The translations under genes and the position numbers were made by a program. A DNA stretch of 64,000 nt from Isurus oxyrinchus (Eukaryota), in contig JANJGN010000034.1 of assembly GCA_026770705.1 (NCBI GenBank), forward strand, positions 3,906,001 through 3,970,000, given 5' to 3'. The notes beneath the pieces were generated by a model that had not been told where the DNA came from, did not search any database, and was given only the letters and a program-made list of their open reading frames with translations. Numbering within the stretch: the first letter of the stretch is position 1; every line of letters starts with the position of its first letter. Shown here piece by piece: positions 11,046 through 24,084 of the stretch.

Positions 11046-13074
11046 ATCACAGTATATATGATATGAAATGAGAGCAGTCACACAGAGGTACACGGAAATG
11101 GAGAAGAATTGGAGCTTGCTGGGTTTGTCAAAAATGCCAAATGTTGCAGACAGCTGGAGAACAACGATAAAAAAAGTTTTTATTACTGAAATGACATGGA
11201 CTGCCCGCCTATCTTGTTGATCTTAGTTGTTACATGTTTTTGTTTTCCACTGCTTAGTGCATCTCCTGTGGTAATTAGGGAGATTTAAATCTGGTACCAT
11301 TATACTTGGATGGTGACAATTTAAGATTTTCCCCAATTGCTGTATTTTGGATATACTATAGGATTTTTGCCATATATTCAAAATGCCCATGCGGATGCAC
11401 TAGGAAATTATATCTTATATTCTAATTGACCTAATCAGGAATTAAGCCGATCATTTCCATTAAGCATTGTTGAAGTAATGTGGACTTACTATAAAACATT
11501 TTTTAAAAATATCCCTCTGGAGAGATATGTTGAGGTTATTTTCCAGTCCCTACTACCCACTTATGGAAGTGTTAAGGGATATTACCATAAACCAATCTAC
11601 AATTATGTGATTGTGTTTCAGGTTACAATTGCCTGCAAGTCAATTATAACATGGGCGGATAGGACTATATTCCCCTTGCGTTGTAATGTTAAAGAGCTGA
11701 TTTATAATGTCTTTTTTTCTCCTTATGTGGAGGTGTTATAAATTGCTGTACTGTATTCTGTATTCGGCTTCTGAGTAAATGATGTAGAATAATGTATCAC
11801 AGCACATTCTATTCATGTAGAACAATGGAAAGATGTCGCCAAGTGCACATAATGGTACGAGTATGATGTACAATAAGCTATTGACCTATCTTACCCTAAA
11901 ACCTTTGGATAGATGAAGCAATGCCATAGGTTCCTTTGCCCTTTATGTGGAGATTCCATACGAAACTTCATTGGAAATGGCAGCTTTGGCTATCCATCAG
12001 CTCGAAGATGACATCAACTCAGGATGAAAAGTGTCGACCAAAGAAGTACATAAACGCTGAATATCCTATTATCGACCAACAGATTTTGGAGCAGATGCAC
12101 AGGATAACCTATGAGGCAATGTTGTCTGCCTGGCAGGGTTTGTATTCTTTTCCTCCATTTCCTGTTGGTGCGTGGCATCGTTGTTAAACTGTTATGAATA
12201 AAAGTGTTATGCAGCTGGATGGAAAAGTAATTACTGGTTTCAACAGCTGGTAGCTCACTCCTCCTAGTCATTGATGTCAATGTTACATTGAAACAACACA
12301 AGCTTCAGATTGTGCTTGAAGCGTTTCTTCTTTTGAACCCGCAAAACATTTCTCATTTCTGGGTAATGGAAAGAGAACCAGGCAGGTTTACCTGAACATT
12401 GGTGCAGCTTACGTCAAGAAGAGCTGGATTGTCCTTCTATTAAATCAGCGGATGCCATGGAGACATTGCTGATGGAGTTAATCTAATTTTCTTTTGTGTT
12501 GCAAATACATAAATCATGTATTGCTGCATTATAGGGTTCTGGTAACAAAAAATGATTTGTCCATTGCTGCCATTTTGCATTGCTGTAGAATTGTTTCAGT
12601 ACCTCAGCTATTATAAAGGTTTGATGATGCCCTGATGGAGAAATATTTTGAAACTATATTTGGACCATTATTTCTCAACTATTTTGGTCAAAGGCAAGAT
12701 GAAATGTCAAAAATTTAAGGGGTGGGATACGAGATAACCCTTCTTTCTGATGGTTACGAGTGTTTAAAATTATCTATAGGAACTTGCCTGCAAGCTGTTT
12801 GCACGTGTATTTTTCAAGGCTGATATTGAAATATGTTTTGTCAACAAATGAGATATTGCATAGAGGGAGAGAGCAAGAAAGCTAACTTGATCTAATACTT
12901 CAGCTGTGAAGCCATTTAAATGTGAAACAGGGTCGATTGCTCGATGCTGCTCGTCTCTCTCGTTTGCATAATATTTTTGAAACGAGCAAAATGAATCATT
13001 ATTATTTCCCAATAAATCAGGCAATTTACGTTGTAATCTCCAGTCTTTACACATCGTTGAAGTAAAATAACCAC

Positions 13075-13101
13075 CCTCGTAAGCCAAGAATGCGATATGT
13101 T
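13075..13101 (-). CDS. Possible 27-nt micro-exon, (E)HIAFLAYE
   Basis: aaattgcag|AACATATCGCATTCTTGGCTTACGAGG|gtggtt; weak donor, 72-nt intron to previous exon. Confidence 0.35.
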
Positions 13102-13173
13102 CTGCAATTTATTCACGCCAAATCCATAGACTATTGATGAAGCTGACGTATCTTGATATATATGTGTGCTTAC

Positions 13174-13200
13174 CTGCTGAATTTTCGAGTGACGTTCCTC
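13174..13200 (-). CDS. 27-nt micro-exon, (G)GTSLENSA, linker class
   Basis: ttgcttgtttctaacag|GAGGAACGTCACTCGAAAATTCAGCAG|gtaagc. Confidence 0.7.
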
Positions 13201-14105
13201 CTGTTAGAAACAAGCAAAAATGTCACGCTCGGAAACGTAGTTTTGATATTTTTAGTTTAATTTAGTTTAGATTTTTCCCCCCAAATAATAACTTTAATCT
13301 GAATTCTGAAAACGTGTGCCTAAAGGAATATAATGCAAGCAAATCTGAATGATTCAGATCGCGGTTGCATCTAGAGTAACATGAGCCAAGTCACATTCAT
13401 CCAGCAGATCCGTGCTCTCTTTCCAGTGAGGCTTCATTTAAAATGTTAATATTTACCTCACATTTCTCTGCTTGTCCGTTGAACTCCATGCTGCAATTTT
13501 CTTGGGGAAGTGGGAAACTTTCAAATTTCAAAAGGCATAACAATTCTATGGGAAAGGTTTGGCTCTTGCGCTTCATCCAAAAGAAAAGGATTTCCTTGCC
13601 GTTACAAACGATGACATAGCACCTTTAGAATAGCGTAAAAAATGGGCACTGATTATTTGAAATTGTTTAATTTGGAATAAACAAATAACAACAGCTTCTA
13701 CAAAGAAGAGGCAGATGACTTATATTACGCTAAAGCTAAATTAATTGGAGGGGATGCAACAGTTAGTTCGAGGATACCAGAGATCGCTATGTGGGACTAA
13801 AAAAGTAGAGGCACAGCGGTGGATCAGTTTCGTAAAATAATGACTGACAGACTCTTAGCCCTGTTAAATTTGACTTCAAGCAATTTTGCAAAATGGACCC
13901 CCACCTTATCTCACTATCATACTGGCCATATTTATTGATTTCAATGGTCGGGAATGTACAGAATAAAAAGTGCATGGCAACAAATTAAACAACATTATTT
14001 ATAATATGAGCCCAAAGTTAATATTGAACTCAGTCACACATGATTTACAGAAAGTGAGTTACCTGTTGACTTATCCGACCGGGTATATTATTTGATTAGA
14101 CTCAC

Positions 14106-14132
14106 CAGTCAGTTTACACATTGCTTCCAAAT
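14106..14132 (-). CDS. 27-nt micro-exon, (D)LEAMCKLT
   Basis: tatatattccatag|ATTTGGAAGCAATGTGTAAACTGACTG|gtgagt; about 120-nt intron from the previous exon, as in the 20.7-kb unit. Confidence 0.8.
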
Positions 14133-14253
14133 CTATGGAATATATATCAAATGCAATATTAAAGTGAGAATTATTGGAATAAAATGAGCATATATATGAC
14201 ATTATGTAAAGACGCAAAATAGGCTATTAATGTAAAAGATTTAAGTTATCTAC

Positions 14254-14280
14254 CTTTCTTGCACTGAGTAAGATTATCAT
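14254..14280 (-). CDS. 27-nt micro-exon, (D)DNLTQCKK
   Basis: ttcttttgtttag|ATGATAATCTTACTCAGTGCAAGAAAG|gtagat. Confidence 0.8.
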
Positions 14281-14980
14281 CTAAACAAAAGAACATTTTG
14301 CAAGAGATGACGGTATTTTTAAATTAGGATGTTATATGATTAAGAATCCACTGTCTGGAATGGAGCAGTAATCGGATAAATTTGACAGGATGGCATTTGC
14401 TTTATAAGTGAAAATATTTTCTTTCAGGTATCAGACTTAAGATAATGGATTTGGGCTGATTTTAAAGTTTTTGTAAATAGCCACCACAACTATCAGGTCC
14501 TCATTTTATGGCCGCACTGCATTTTTAAGTGAGACAAATAGAATATAGCTGGAGAGAATGTGTATATGTACGTGGCCAAAAATGGATAACAGCTTGCTGT
14601 CATTTATTTAATTATATTAAAATCATTATAATTCAACATCAAACTGGACTGCTGCAGATGGAAGATGTAATTACCATCGCTGGAAATGAATACCGAGCTT
14701 CACATTTTATTAGGAAACACTGTGATATGTATTAAACATATCCTCTTCGAAGTGATATTTAAAATCAAGGAACATATAAAACAATAGAAAACTGACATTT
14801 CAAAACAGAAAAAAGCTGATTAATTAACCACGTTATTAAGCATTTCATCTTTGTTGAAATAACCCGAATTGAACACTGAATATTTAAAAATCTCCCTGTT
14901 TTAACAGATTGGAAAGTTGTAGATCATAAAGAAAAAAGTGAACCAAGTGGTCGATTGAATAACTACAAATGTTGTCTCAC

Positions 14981-15016
14981 CCTTTTCTTTCAGTGCTTTT
15001 TTCACAGTTTCCAGTT
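14981..15016 (-). CDS. 36-nt micro-exon, (E)LETVKKALKEK
   Basis: ttgcacatttcag|AACTGGAAACTGTGAAAAAAGCACTGAAAGAAAAGG|gtgaga. Confidence 0.8.
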
Positions 15017-15239
15017 CTGAAATGTGCAAAATCAACGTTTAATTTAGTTCTTAAAAACATTTGATTTTGAAACTAGGCTATTTCCTCTTTGCCCATAGAT
15101 AAACATGATACTGCTCACGAAGTAGGGAGAATCGATTAGCAATTATATTAGTGCAAACTAGCCATGCGTGATTATGACTTACAGATGAATGGCACTCCGA
15201 AAATGCACGTCGATAATAAATATGAGATGAACTAGGACT

Positions 15240-16340
15240 AAGAAGTTTGACCCTGCTCAAAGTTCAAGAAAATCATAGCGGATCTTCTCTATGATCTTGA
15301 TGCCTTGTTCCCAAAACCTGTTGTATACAAAAATGTATCGAACTTTGTCGCATTGTGCTCAATAACTGAACATCCAAATCACCTTTTGGGCATTAGAATT
15401 CCAAACATTGGCTGCCGTTTGACTGAATCTATTTAGTTCCTCTTAGACCAAATTGGTCTCATTGTTCTTTTTTTTCATCTATGTCCTTCTCCCTGTTCAA
15501 GATTCCCCCGCCAGGGGAAAAAAAAGATAAATGCTATTCTGTACATGATCACACACATTAAATGTGTTCTACTTTTAATCGGGGCATCAATTATTGTTCT
15601 GAACTCCGAGGATCCAATGATAATTCATTCAATCTTTCATGGTCGAGCGAACGCCCAATCAACAAAACAAAAAGTGCGAGAAAACGTTGTTGGAGTTCTT
15701 TTGGGGCATATCTGTCCATCCTAGGTAAGATGAAAAATCAGAGTGCACATTACTCCAGGTGAGCTCCCATAGATCTCCAATATGATTGCAATGGCATGGC
15801 TGATTAAATTTTCTACTCACATTTATTATTAACAATAGTTAACATGCAATTTTTAGTTCTAAGTTTCTTTCTGCAGCCGCAAAGCAACATTCCACGACAT
15901 GTCTGCAATGATACCGAGGTTGCCTGGAACGAAAATTACAAAACGCCAATCGTTCAGCAAGCCATTGTTTGTTTATTTTTCCTGATCGAATTAAAACGCA
16001 CATTTTCAAAACCTCTCAAATTGTATGCCATCTGTTTTATGTTTTCTCCCTCACCCAAACGGTCTACACATCTCTGCATGTGCGTTTCATCTTCCTCACG
16101 CTGTAATTTCCCATCTAAACTACCATCAACTAATGTGGGTCAGTTTCATTCAGTCCCCTTATCCAAATCATTAAAACGGACTGTACATAAATGTGGAGTA
16201 ATTACCGATCATTGCAATGCACGACTAATCATATCTCTGTGAAGCCAAATACTTACCTTTCTTCTTAATTTTTATGTTGCGGCATTAACCATTCTTGAGT
16301 ACATACAAAGGCATAATCCCCAGCCCCTTGTACTACTATT
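15240..16340 (-). mobile_element. CR1 LINE fragment
   Basis: Reverse complement of CR1 RT/3' sequence (ccaaatcatt.., atctctgc). Confidence 0.55.
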
Positions 16341-16749
16341 TTGTGTAATAATGCTCTTTTCTGATGCTGTTTTTTTTTCCTGTGAGCTCACATACACATA
16401 GGTAATGTGTTCCTCTTTATAAACCTGACTTTGTTTACCTACACACACTCGTTTAAATGGGATTTGCGTTTCATTGATACATTTTGACTGTATTTAACGA
16501 AGTTGCCATTGTGCATATTTTCTCCTGAAACGTACCAAATGATGAAAGGTGGCATTTTGCTGAGTACATTTTTTTTTGTTATTGCTTCCACAACTGATCA
16601 GCTACACCAATGTGGTTCTGCAGCAAATACAGCAGCGATTGTTTGATGACAGTGACCCTTGAAAGCTAACTAATGTCTTACTTTACATATAAGTGGTGGT
16701 CACCAAATTTTAATATTTCAGTGAAACCTGGATATTGCTGTAATGACAT

Positions 16750-17100
16750 AGAAGAACACCAAAGAACTTTGGTGCGCGGTCCTCATCCGATTTCCCTTCT
16801 TCCATGGTAGAATTGCTGAACAAGAACTAATCATTTCATTGAATACTGACCCTCAAGCAATAAGGTAGAACTCTACAAATTCAACCTCAATGCCTGCACA
16901 CAGTGTCTGGGTGCCCTATAAGCATCTCCCGGACAGGAATTCTTCACTCAACTCTCAAAGAATCAGCACTCTCGGAGAGCCAAAACCAAAAACTGAAAAC
17001 ACCCCAAGTGCATTCAGAAGCTCTTCTTGAAGCACGGCAGCACGTAATTTAACGACTGAAAATCTTGCTGTCAATCATTCAGCATATTGGTAACACCACC
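16750..17100 (+). mobile_element. RTE-type LINE C-terminal fragment
   Basis: Eroded PKQ..ELS..R..G.PK...K..LK-like pattern. Confidence 0.35.
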
Positions 17101-17149
17101 ATCAAGCAACATCATGTTAGGAGTTCCAGGCCTTTTATACATTCGGAGA

Positions 17150-18735
17150 AGGAATAGCAAAAAAAAAGCAGTGAAATATGTTATTCAGAGAATTGATAAA
17201 GCGGAGTCAATGGGCGTCGAAAACAAGAGTATTCAAAAGCCTTTTGATAAACGCCCCCATAGGAGATTAGTTGGCACAATTAAAAAAAAGATGAGGTAGG
17301 AGATAATATGTTGGCTTGGATAAAGGTTTGGTTAACTGGCCTAAAACAGAGAGTGTGATTCTCACATGGGAAGACTGTGACTAGTGGCGTAGCACTGATA
17401 ACAGTTCTTGGGCCTCAGCGGAAGGCATTATATAATACTGATTTGGATATTGGGACAAAACGTAAGTTTTCCAAATTCATGCATGGCACAAAGCTAGGTG
17501 AGAATGCATGTTTTGAGGAAGATGGAAAGCAGTTTCAAGAGGATTTGCACAGAGTTAATGAATGAATATGAACAAGGAAAATTTGATATAATGTGGGAAA
17601 ATTAGGTTTTCAACTTTTGCAGGAGGAACAGATGCACATGATATATCTTAAATAGTAAGCGGCTAAAAGATGTACCGGTACAAAAGGACTAGGATACCCT
17701 CATCAACAAGTTAATGAAGTTGACATTCAGTTGCAGCACATTGTTATGAAGGCTAATGGTATGTTGCCCTTTATCAAAAGAGTGTTTGAGTACACGAGTA
17801 GAGAAATCCTGTTTCAAATCTTTAGGTAATTGGTTGAACAGCACCTCGAGTAATGTGTGCTGATTTAGTCCCTTTACCTTAGGAGGATTATTTCTGCTAT
17901 CGAAGGAAATCTAAGAATGTTCACCAGACTTGTTCCCCAGATGGCAGAACAGGCTTTACCAATAGAGATTGGCCCTGTGTTCTCTGGTTTCGACGGATGA
18001 GAGGTGATCTCATTGACTCTACAGAATACTTAAAGGAATAGAAGGATTGGTGCAGGTAAGATGGGTGCTGAGTCAAGAACCAGAAGACACAACTGAAATA
18101 TGATGGGCGGACATGATTTTTTTTTGTTAGTGAGAGGTTTGTCAATCTTTGGAATTCACTACCACAGAGGGCTTAGGAAGCTGATTCATTGAGCATGTTT
18201 AAAGTATGTTACTAAGTGGCAGTGACATTAAGGGATACGGGGATAACATGGGGAAAAGAATCGTAGAAGTGGAAGAACAGCCATGATCATATTGATTGGT
18301 GCAACAAGCTCGATGGATTGAATGGTCAAACCCTGCTCTAATTTTCTTATTTCCTATATTTCTGTTGAGCATGATAGCCTGTGGGGCTTCCAGCCTCATG
18401 TGCCCACCATCTGAGTTTTAAAATCAGCCTAATCGGTCGCATGAAAACGCACAGCAAAAACCTACGACCCTGATTGGCGATGTAGGACAGATTTGACAAG
18501 AATCATCTTCACTAAGAGGCTGGTGAACCGATTGAATTCTCTCACAAATGGGGCTGTGGAGTCTATGTCAATGAACACATTTAACAAGGGAATATATAGA
18601 TTAATATTTTCTAAAAGTTTTAGTTGTGCCTGGGGCGTGAGCAGGAGTATGGCTTTGATATAAAGGATCAGCCTTGATCATGTTGAAGGGCTACCAAGCT
18701 TGACGTTCCAAATGACTTATTCCTGCTTATATCTT
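17150..18735 (+). mobile_element. CR1 LINE RT/3' fragments (two adjacent 3' ends)
   Basis: QKPFDKRPHRRL, TSGVALITVLGP, SKFMHGTKLG, RRMRGDLI motifs. Confidence 0.85.
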
Positions 18736-19181
18736 CTATATTTCTACATCCACGAAGGCAGTTGACATTCTCGAAGGCAATTGGGGGCGGGCAATAAATG
18801 TTTGCCAAGCCAACGGCACCCAGAATCCGTATGTTAATAGAAAAAATCTATTGATGACTGATGTGGCGGTTAACTTCCCAAATAGTTTTTTGTGCGTCTC
18901 CTTTTGAAGTATTGTGTGAGCACGCGCACGAGAAGCATAATTGGGCATGCATGCTGTTGTTGCTGCCATATATTATCAGTTAATTGCACATATGGATATA
19001 TGCGTTTAAGTTACTGCTTTTTTTATGTGCTCCAACTGTGGACGAAAATGAAAGAGCACAAATATCACACCGCAAAAATACAGATCATTTAATATAGATC
19101 CATCATTACTTTATGCATACACCTTCCAAAAGATTTTGATGAAGGATGCCCTTAAAATGTAATCGTCTTTAATTGTTTTAC

Positions 19182-19208
19182 CTTTTTGGGCCTCAAGGAC
19201 TCTTACAT
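19182..19208 (-). CDS. 27-nt micro-exon, (D)VRVLEAQK
   Basis: tattatcattgcag|ATGTAAGAGTCCTTGAGGCCCAAAAAG|gtaaaac. Confidence 0.7.
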
Positions 19209-20659
19209 CTGCAATGATAATACCAGAGCAATCATTAGCAAGAAACATTAAAAGTGTTCTGCTGAATGCTGTTTGCCCAACAGTCCCTACAGAGCGGTCA
19301 TAGTCAGAAGGGTCTACTAGGAATCCCATGATCCTACTTTGGAAACCTGTAAATTACATACGTTTAAGAGAATGCGTTCCTTACCCTGATTAGATGTCTT
19401 AGCCCCTAATTCTGCCACGTCACGATGCAATACATTGGATGGTAAAACCATTATTACACTGTTCCTTGCCCTTATCCCTAATTCTGCAACTTAAGCCTGG
19501 ATTAACTATTAGGTTTACATTTAAAAAGTCAGAGGTGGTTTTCAAATCATAATTATTCTCGAAATCCTTTGCTTCATTGGAAAGCAAAACACAGCAGTTT
19601 CAATTAAGGGCAACCATTTGGATCCATAAAGTGTTACCCGTTCCTATAGGGTAATAGGGGCATATTGTTTACCAACCCTGTGTTCGGGACGAATGCACAA
19701 GGACAATGTTAACGTAGCCTGATTTATGGGAGTAAAATAAATATTATTATTTCCTCTGTTTGACTTCTCGTTTTCCGTTGCTGGCTTGCTCACTGATGGC
19801 TCTGCATGGCTTCAATTTTTCCTCAAATTGTAAAATTTATGCTATGAAGCGCCATGCAAAAATACAATAGCGCATGTGATACTTGAAGCATCCTGCTCCA
19901 AGCTCATGTTACTTTACAATCAATTGTCCGGAATTTTTTTTTTTCAAATTTCATTCAGCAGTGGAACTCATTCATAGGTTTTTGGTCGGTGTTAAAGTTG
20001 CAATACAACGCGCAATTTGTATGCTTCTTTTCCCATTTTCTTTTTGTTTGTTTTTTGTCACTCCTTCCTCATTTCGTGCAAATTATCTACCTTTCCGAAG
20101 TCTCTAGTCATGTTTTTCTTGTACTACATTTCTCTGATGCTTCAGATCAGCCTGTTTAATATGCTGCTTCTTTGTGAAATCCTCTTTCTGTTACTGCACT
20201 GAATTGCAGGTGACCATTATGGCATGTGTCTTATTCCTCATACTACCTGAAATATATGGCAACACTTCATCTATCGTGATGCATTTGCTTACAGTCCATA
20301 AACAGACATTCAGCTTGTTTTTACATTGGAATGCGGGCAGGGAGAAATTTGAAAGTGCTTGCAAGTTTCGTATTCATTTTCAGCGTGTTGTTTACAGGGC
20401 TGATATATATTTGGGTCAGTGCATTTCATAGGTTTACTTAATGCTACTGCCAAATAAAGTCAAGGCGACATCTGGGTGAAGTTATGCGTGAGCTGTGTGT
20501 TTATTTAAAAGAGAATAACGATAGCGAAAATGGATTAGCTGGGGAAATGGGCTTCTACGCATATGATCTGGCCGACGGTGCACTCGAGTGCCACACGCGC
20601 ATGCGGAGAGGCAAATTGGTCATTGCCTGGAAAAAAAAATCAAACTGTATTTTACTCAC

Positions 20660-20686
20660 CATTCGGTTTACACCTCTCTAGCAGTT
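20660..20686 (-). CDS. 27-nt micro-exon, (E)LLERCKPN
   Basis: tatatatttcag|AACTGCTAGAGAGGTGTAAACCGAATG|gtgagt. Confidence 0.8.
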
Positions 20687-20804
20687 CTGAAATATATACA
20701 CAGTGAAAAGGTAAAATAGGTCAACGTGATCACTGTAGATTATTAATTCAACCATGAAATGTGTTTTTTTTAAATGCAAGGTGTAACGTCTTATGGCAAG
20801 TTAC

Positions 20805-20831
20805 CTTTCTGGCAACGACTCAGCTTTTGTT
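20805..20831 (-). CDS. 27-nt micro-exon, (E)QKLSRCQK
   Basis: tgttttattttag|AACAAAAGCTGAGTCGTTGCCAGAAAG|gtaact. Confidence 0.8.
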
Positions 20832-21370
20832 CTAAAATAAAACATTAACACAAAGTAAAACAGAGAGAATCATATTTCATTGCACTTTCAGCCTGTTTTA
20901 ACAATTAATTCGCTTATGCCTGACCCGTAATTTCACCTGCACAGCCTAAGGTGAATCAGTCACCTTCTAACATAATCCCCAAACAAAATTATGAGTTTCC
21001 AAGTTCCATTAATCTAGTCTGAACAGCAGTTATGAGTTAAACTTCCAAATTTAAATCAAGTGAGAAAATAAAAGCTAACAGGATGACAAGTTGGCTTGTT
21101 TTGGAGCCATAATGAAGAAAGTTATGACTCAATGGCTGCCCTGTGAAAAATAATTTCGATTGATTTTGTCTTATTAGTAAGAGATTTGAATGCCTATAGG
21201 CAACAGGTCCTGGACCTGTATTTATACGAAATTAACCCCAAATTTGCTTTGTAATACAATTGAAAATAAAAGCTGGCAGCATTAATTGCTGCAACCATTT
21301 GACAATCTATCAATTTTAACAGGTGCCCATCACCAATCGGAGAATGGTCATCCCTTCTGTCTTCCCTCAC

Positions 21371-21406
21371 CTGTATCTTCAAGATTTTTTCGCAAAGTAT
21401 TCAGCT
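21371..21406 (-). CDS. 36-nt micro-exon, (E)LNTLRKNLEDT
   Basis: ctttggttttcag|AGCTGAATACTTTGCGAAAAAATCTTGAAGATACAG|gtgagg. Confidence 0.8.
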
Positions 21407-21789
21407 CTGAAAACCAAAGTTCGAAAACGGCTGCTGAATTGCATGAGTTGCACGTGATTTGTTTAAAAGACCAAAGTATTTCAACCCCTTGTGTTTCGAT
21501 CGCTACTAAATGATGCACGTCATGATTTTATGAGCGCAATGTGTATGCATGTACGGGTGTCTTTCTCCCTCTATGTTTGGGTCTTTGTGTCTGTGAGTGC
21601 ATATACATGTGGCGAGAGTGTGAGTCAGTCAATGACGAAATATCATTTCTCTATGAAGCTTTAGACGTTCAGATTCTGATTTTCAAATCAGTATTCCATT
21701 GCTGCGTGTACTTAAAAATCATCCCTGGAGAGATAACCAGCAGACAGAAATTAATACAGAAATTATGTAATTAAAAATATTGGCAGAAG

Positions 21790-22330
21790 GGATACGGCGA
21801 GGCAATACACGTTCAATTTCGCAGTTCTAAGCAGTTATCAGAGACAGGGAGGCCTGAGTATCCGCATGCATAGGTCTTTGATCGTGGCAGAAAAAAAAAA
21901 AATCATAGGAGATCATTGCACAATGCAGGTGGGATCCTGAATGTCATGAATGGATCTATTATGTACGAAAACAGAATATTTAAGATAAATGCTTATGAAA
22001 TCATAGTTAGGCCACGGCCAGATTATTGTACCCACTTATTCTCATGCCATTTTAGGAAGGATGAAAGGCGGTATAGAGCAGATTTCGGAGACTGGTTTAA
22101 AGAATGATAGATGTTTTAGTGAGAAGATTACATTGGACAAAGTGGAGCATCTGTCTTATTCGGGCAGAAAAGTAGATGGCAGATACGTTCGAATAGCACA
22201 AGATTATGACAGGTTTAGGCAAATTACTGAAGGTAAACTTGGTCCCATTAGCTGATCGTGAGAGAACTATGGGACAAATATATAAAGGATTTTGCAAGAA
22301 TCGCAATTCTCAGGTGGCAATCAATATTTT
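21790..22330 (+). mobile_element. CR1 LINE fragment
   Basis: IVRPRPDYCTHL..HFRKD (LVRPHLEYC-like). Confidence 0.65.
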
Positions 22331-22589
22331 TGCACAATAAATGTTAATATTCCTAAGAATCACAGCTCAGAATTTTCATCAGAGTATAAGTGACCAACGA
22401 GGCCTGATGTAAATTGGGCTTACGCAAGAATAACATTTTCATTCACGGCTACCGTGATGAGGTGATGGATTAGAAATAAATTGATTCAGTCAAATATTCT
22501 TCATTTTAGAATCAAAGGATTTTTATGGAGCTGAGGTAGGCCGTCTGGGACATCGTGTCTACACGGGTTCTTCAATGAGCATTATGATT

Positions 22590-23470
22590 CATTGCAATTC
22601 TTCACCCTTTTCTTCGCACCCATGCAAATTGTTTCTGTTTAATTAATCATCAAATGCGCTCTTGAAACTTTCAATGAACTTCCCTCCTCCACACTTGCAG
22701 AAAAGGCATTTCAGCCCCAAACCACGCCTTATGTGAAATAACTTATTTTCCTCACATTGCATTTCCTTCGTTTGCAAATCACTTTATCTTGGTTACCTCT
22801 CCTCCTCGAGCGGGAACAGCTTCTCCCTGTTTACTCTATCCAGTCATCTCATGATTTTGAACAAAACTAACAAATGTCTTCTTAAACTTCTCCTCTCCAA
22901 TGGAGAACCATCCCACAAACTCCAACATATCTTCATAAATGAATTGTCTCATCCCTGTAAACATTTTTGTAAACGTCCTTTCCACTCTCTCCAATGCGGT
23001 TACATCATTTGTACAATCTGGCGCCTAGAACTGTACACAATACTCAACTGAGATCTAACTGGTATCTTATGTAGATTCAGCATAACTTCCTTCCTTTTGT
23101 ACATAAATGCTCCTATGAACAAAGCCCAAATATTGGATGCCTTATTTACTGCACTCTCCACCTGCCCTGCCACCGTCCATCATCCAAACACATACGCTTT
23201 CAGCTCTTTTTCTTCTAGCACTCCCAGATGAATTGTGCACCTTATATTATATCAGCTCTTCGTGTTCTTCCGATCAATATACATCACCTCACAATTCACT
23301 GCATCGAATTTCATCTGCCAGCTATCAGCCCACTCCACCAATTTGCCAGTTCCGTTTGAAGTTCAATAATGTCCTCCTTACAGTCCATGATGCTTCCAAG
23401 TTTTGTATCATCTGGAGGCTTTGAAATTTTCCTCGGCACACCAAGCTCGATATTATTAATATATGCCTCC
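22590..23470 (-). mobile_element. CR1 LINE RT/3' fragment
   Basis: YINNIELGVPRKISKPPDDTKLG on minus strand. Confidence 0.8.
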
Positions 23471-24053
23471 ACCGCAATGAGTCCTTCATTCATTTTAAAA
23501 TCCCATGTGAAGTTATAATTGCAACACATACAAATAAACCATTGTGGCATACGTACCAACATCTTTTTCAAGTAGTGCTTTAGCTAGGTACCATAGCAAA
23601 AATATGTATGGTTACACAAATGAAAAATAAGTAAACGCATTTACACGTCTCTGGTCTTTGAGGTTTCTATGTTTAGTAATACAAAACGAAAAATTAAATG
23701 GATGCAAACTGGTAGAGATGAAACGGAAAGGAAAGTTTTTTTATGGGGCAATGCTAAACAATATTGAGATAGCATCATATTTCAGTTTTATTTTCTATGG
23801 AGTTTTTCTATTCTGTTTAGAGATGCTGGACTGAAAACTAACAAGGTACTTTGCTGTCTTAAGGGAACAAACGTCAAATTTCTCTAAGTAGTGACTATAC
23901 AGTCAATGTTCAGGTCGCTTATTGGCTTTTGTTCTCATATTAGCTCTCCGAAAAGGCGCTTGGACTATGAATAAGTGAAGGAAGAAGAAGACGAATGTTA
24001 TTGTAGCACACATAGATGAAGGTGATATTACAGGTTTGCAAATAACTACTAAC

Positions 24054-24083
<30 letters not shown>
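24054..24083 (+). repeat. (AAT)n microsatellite
   Basis: About 10 AAT units. Confidence 0.95.

Positions 24084-24084
<1 letters not shown>

Noticed and set aside
19111-19346. Apparent GPI/TM terminal exon (LLMIALVLSLQM*) on minus strand
   Set aside because: Needs a frameshift; the hydrophobic codons are better explained as the pyrimidine-rich acceptor of the 27-nt exon 19182-19208
20590-20625. NRF1-like GCGCATGCG plus CCAAT box
   Set aside because: Isolated motif in a putative intron with no CpG island or other promoter evidence
23821-23975. Plus-strand micro-exon-like segments (25 and 31 nt)
   Set aside because: Not multiples of 3, stops in phase 1 or weak donors, no paralogy; treated as background
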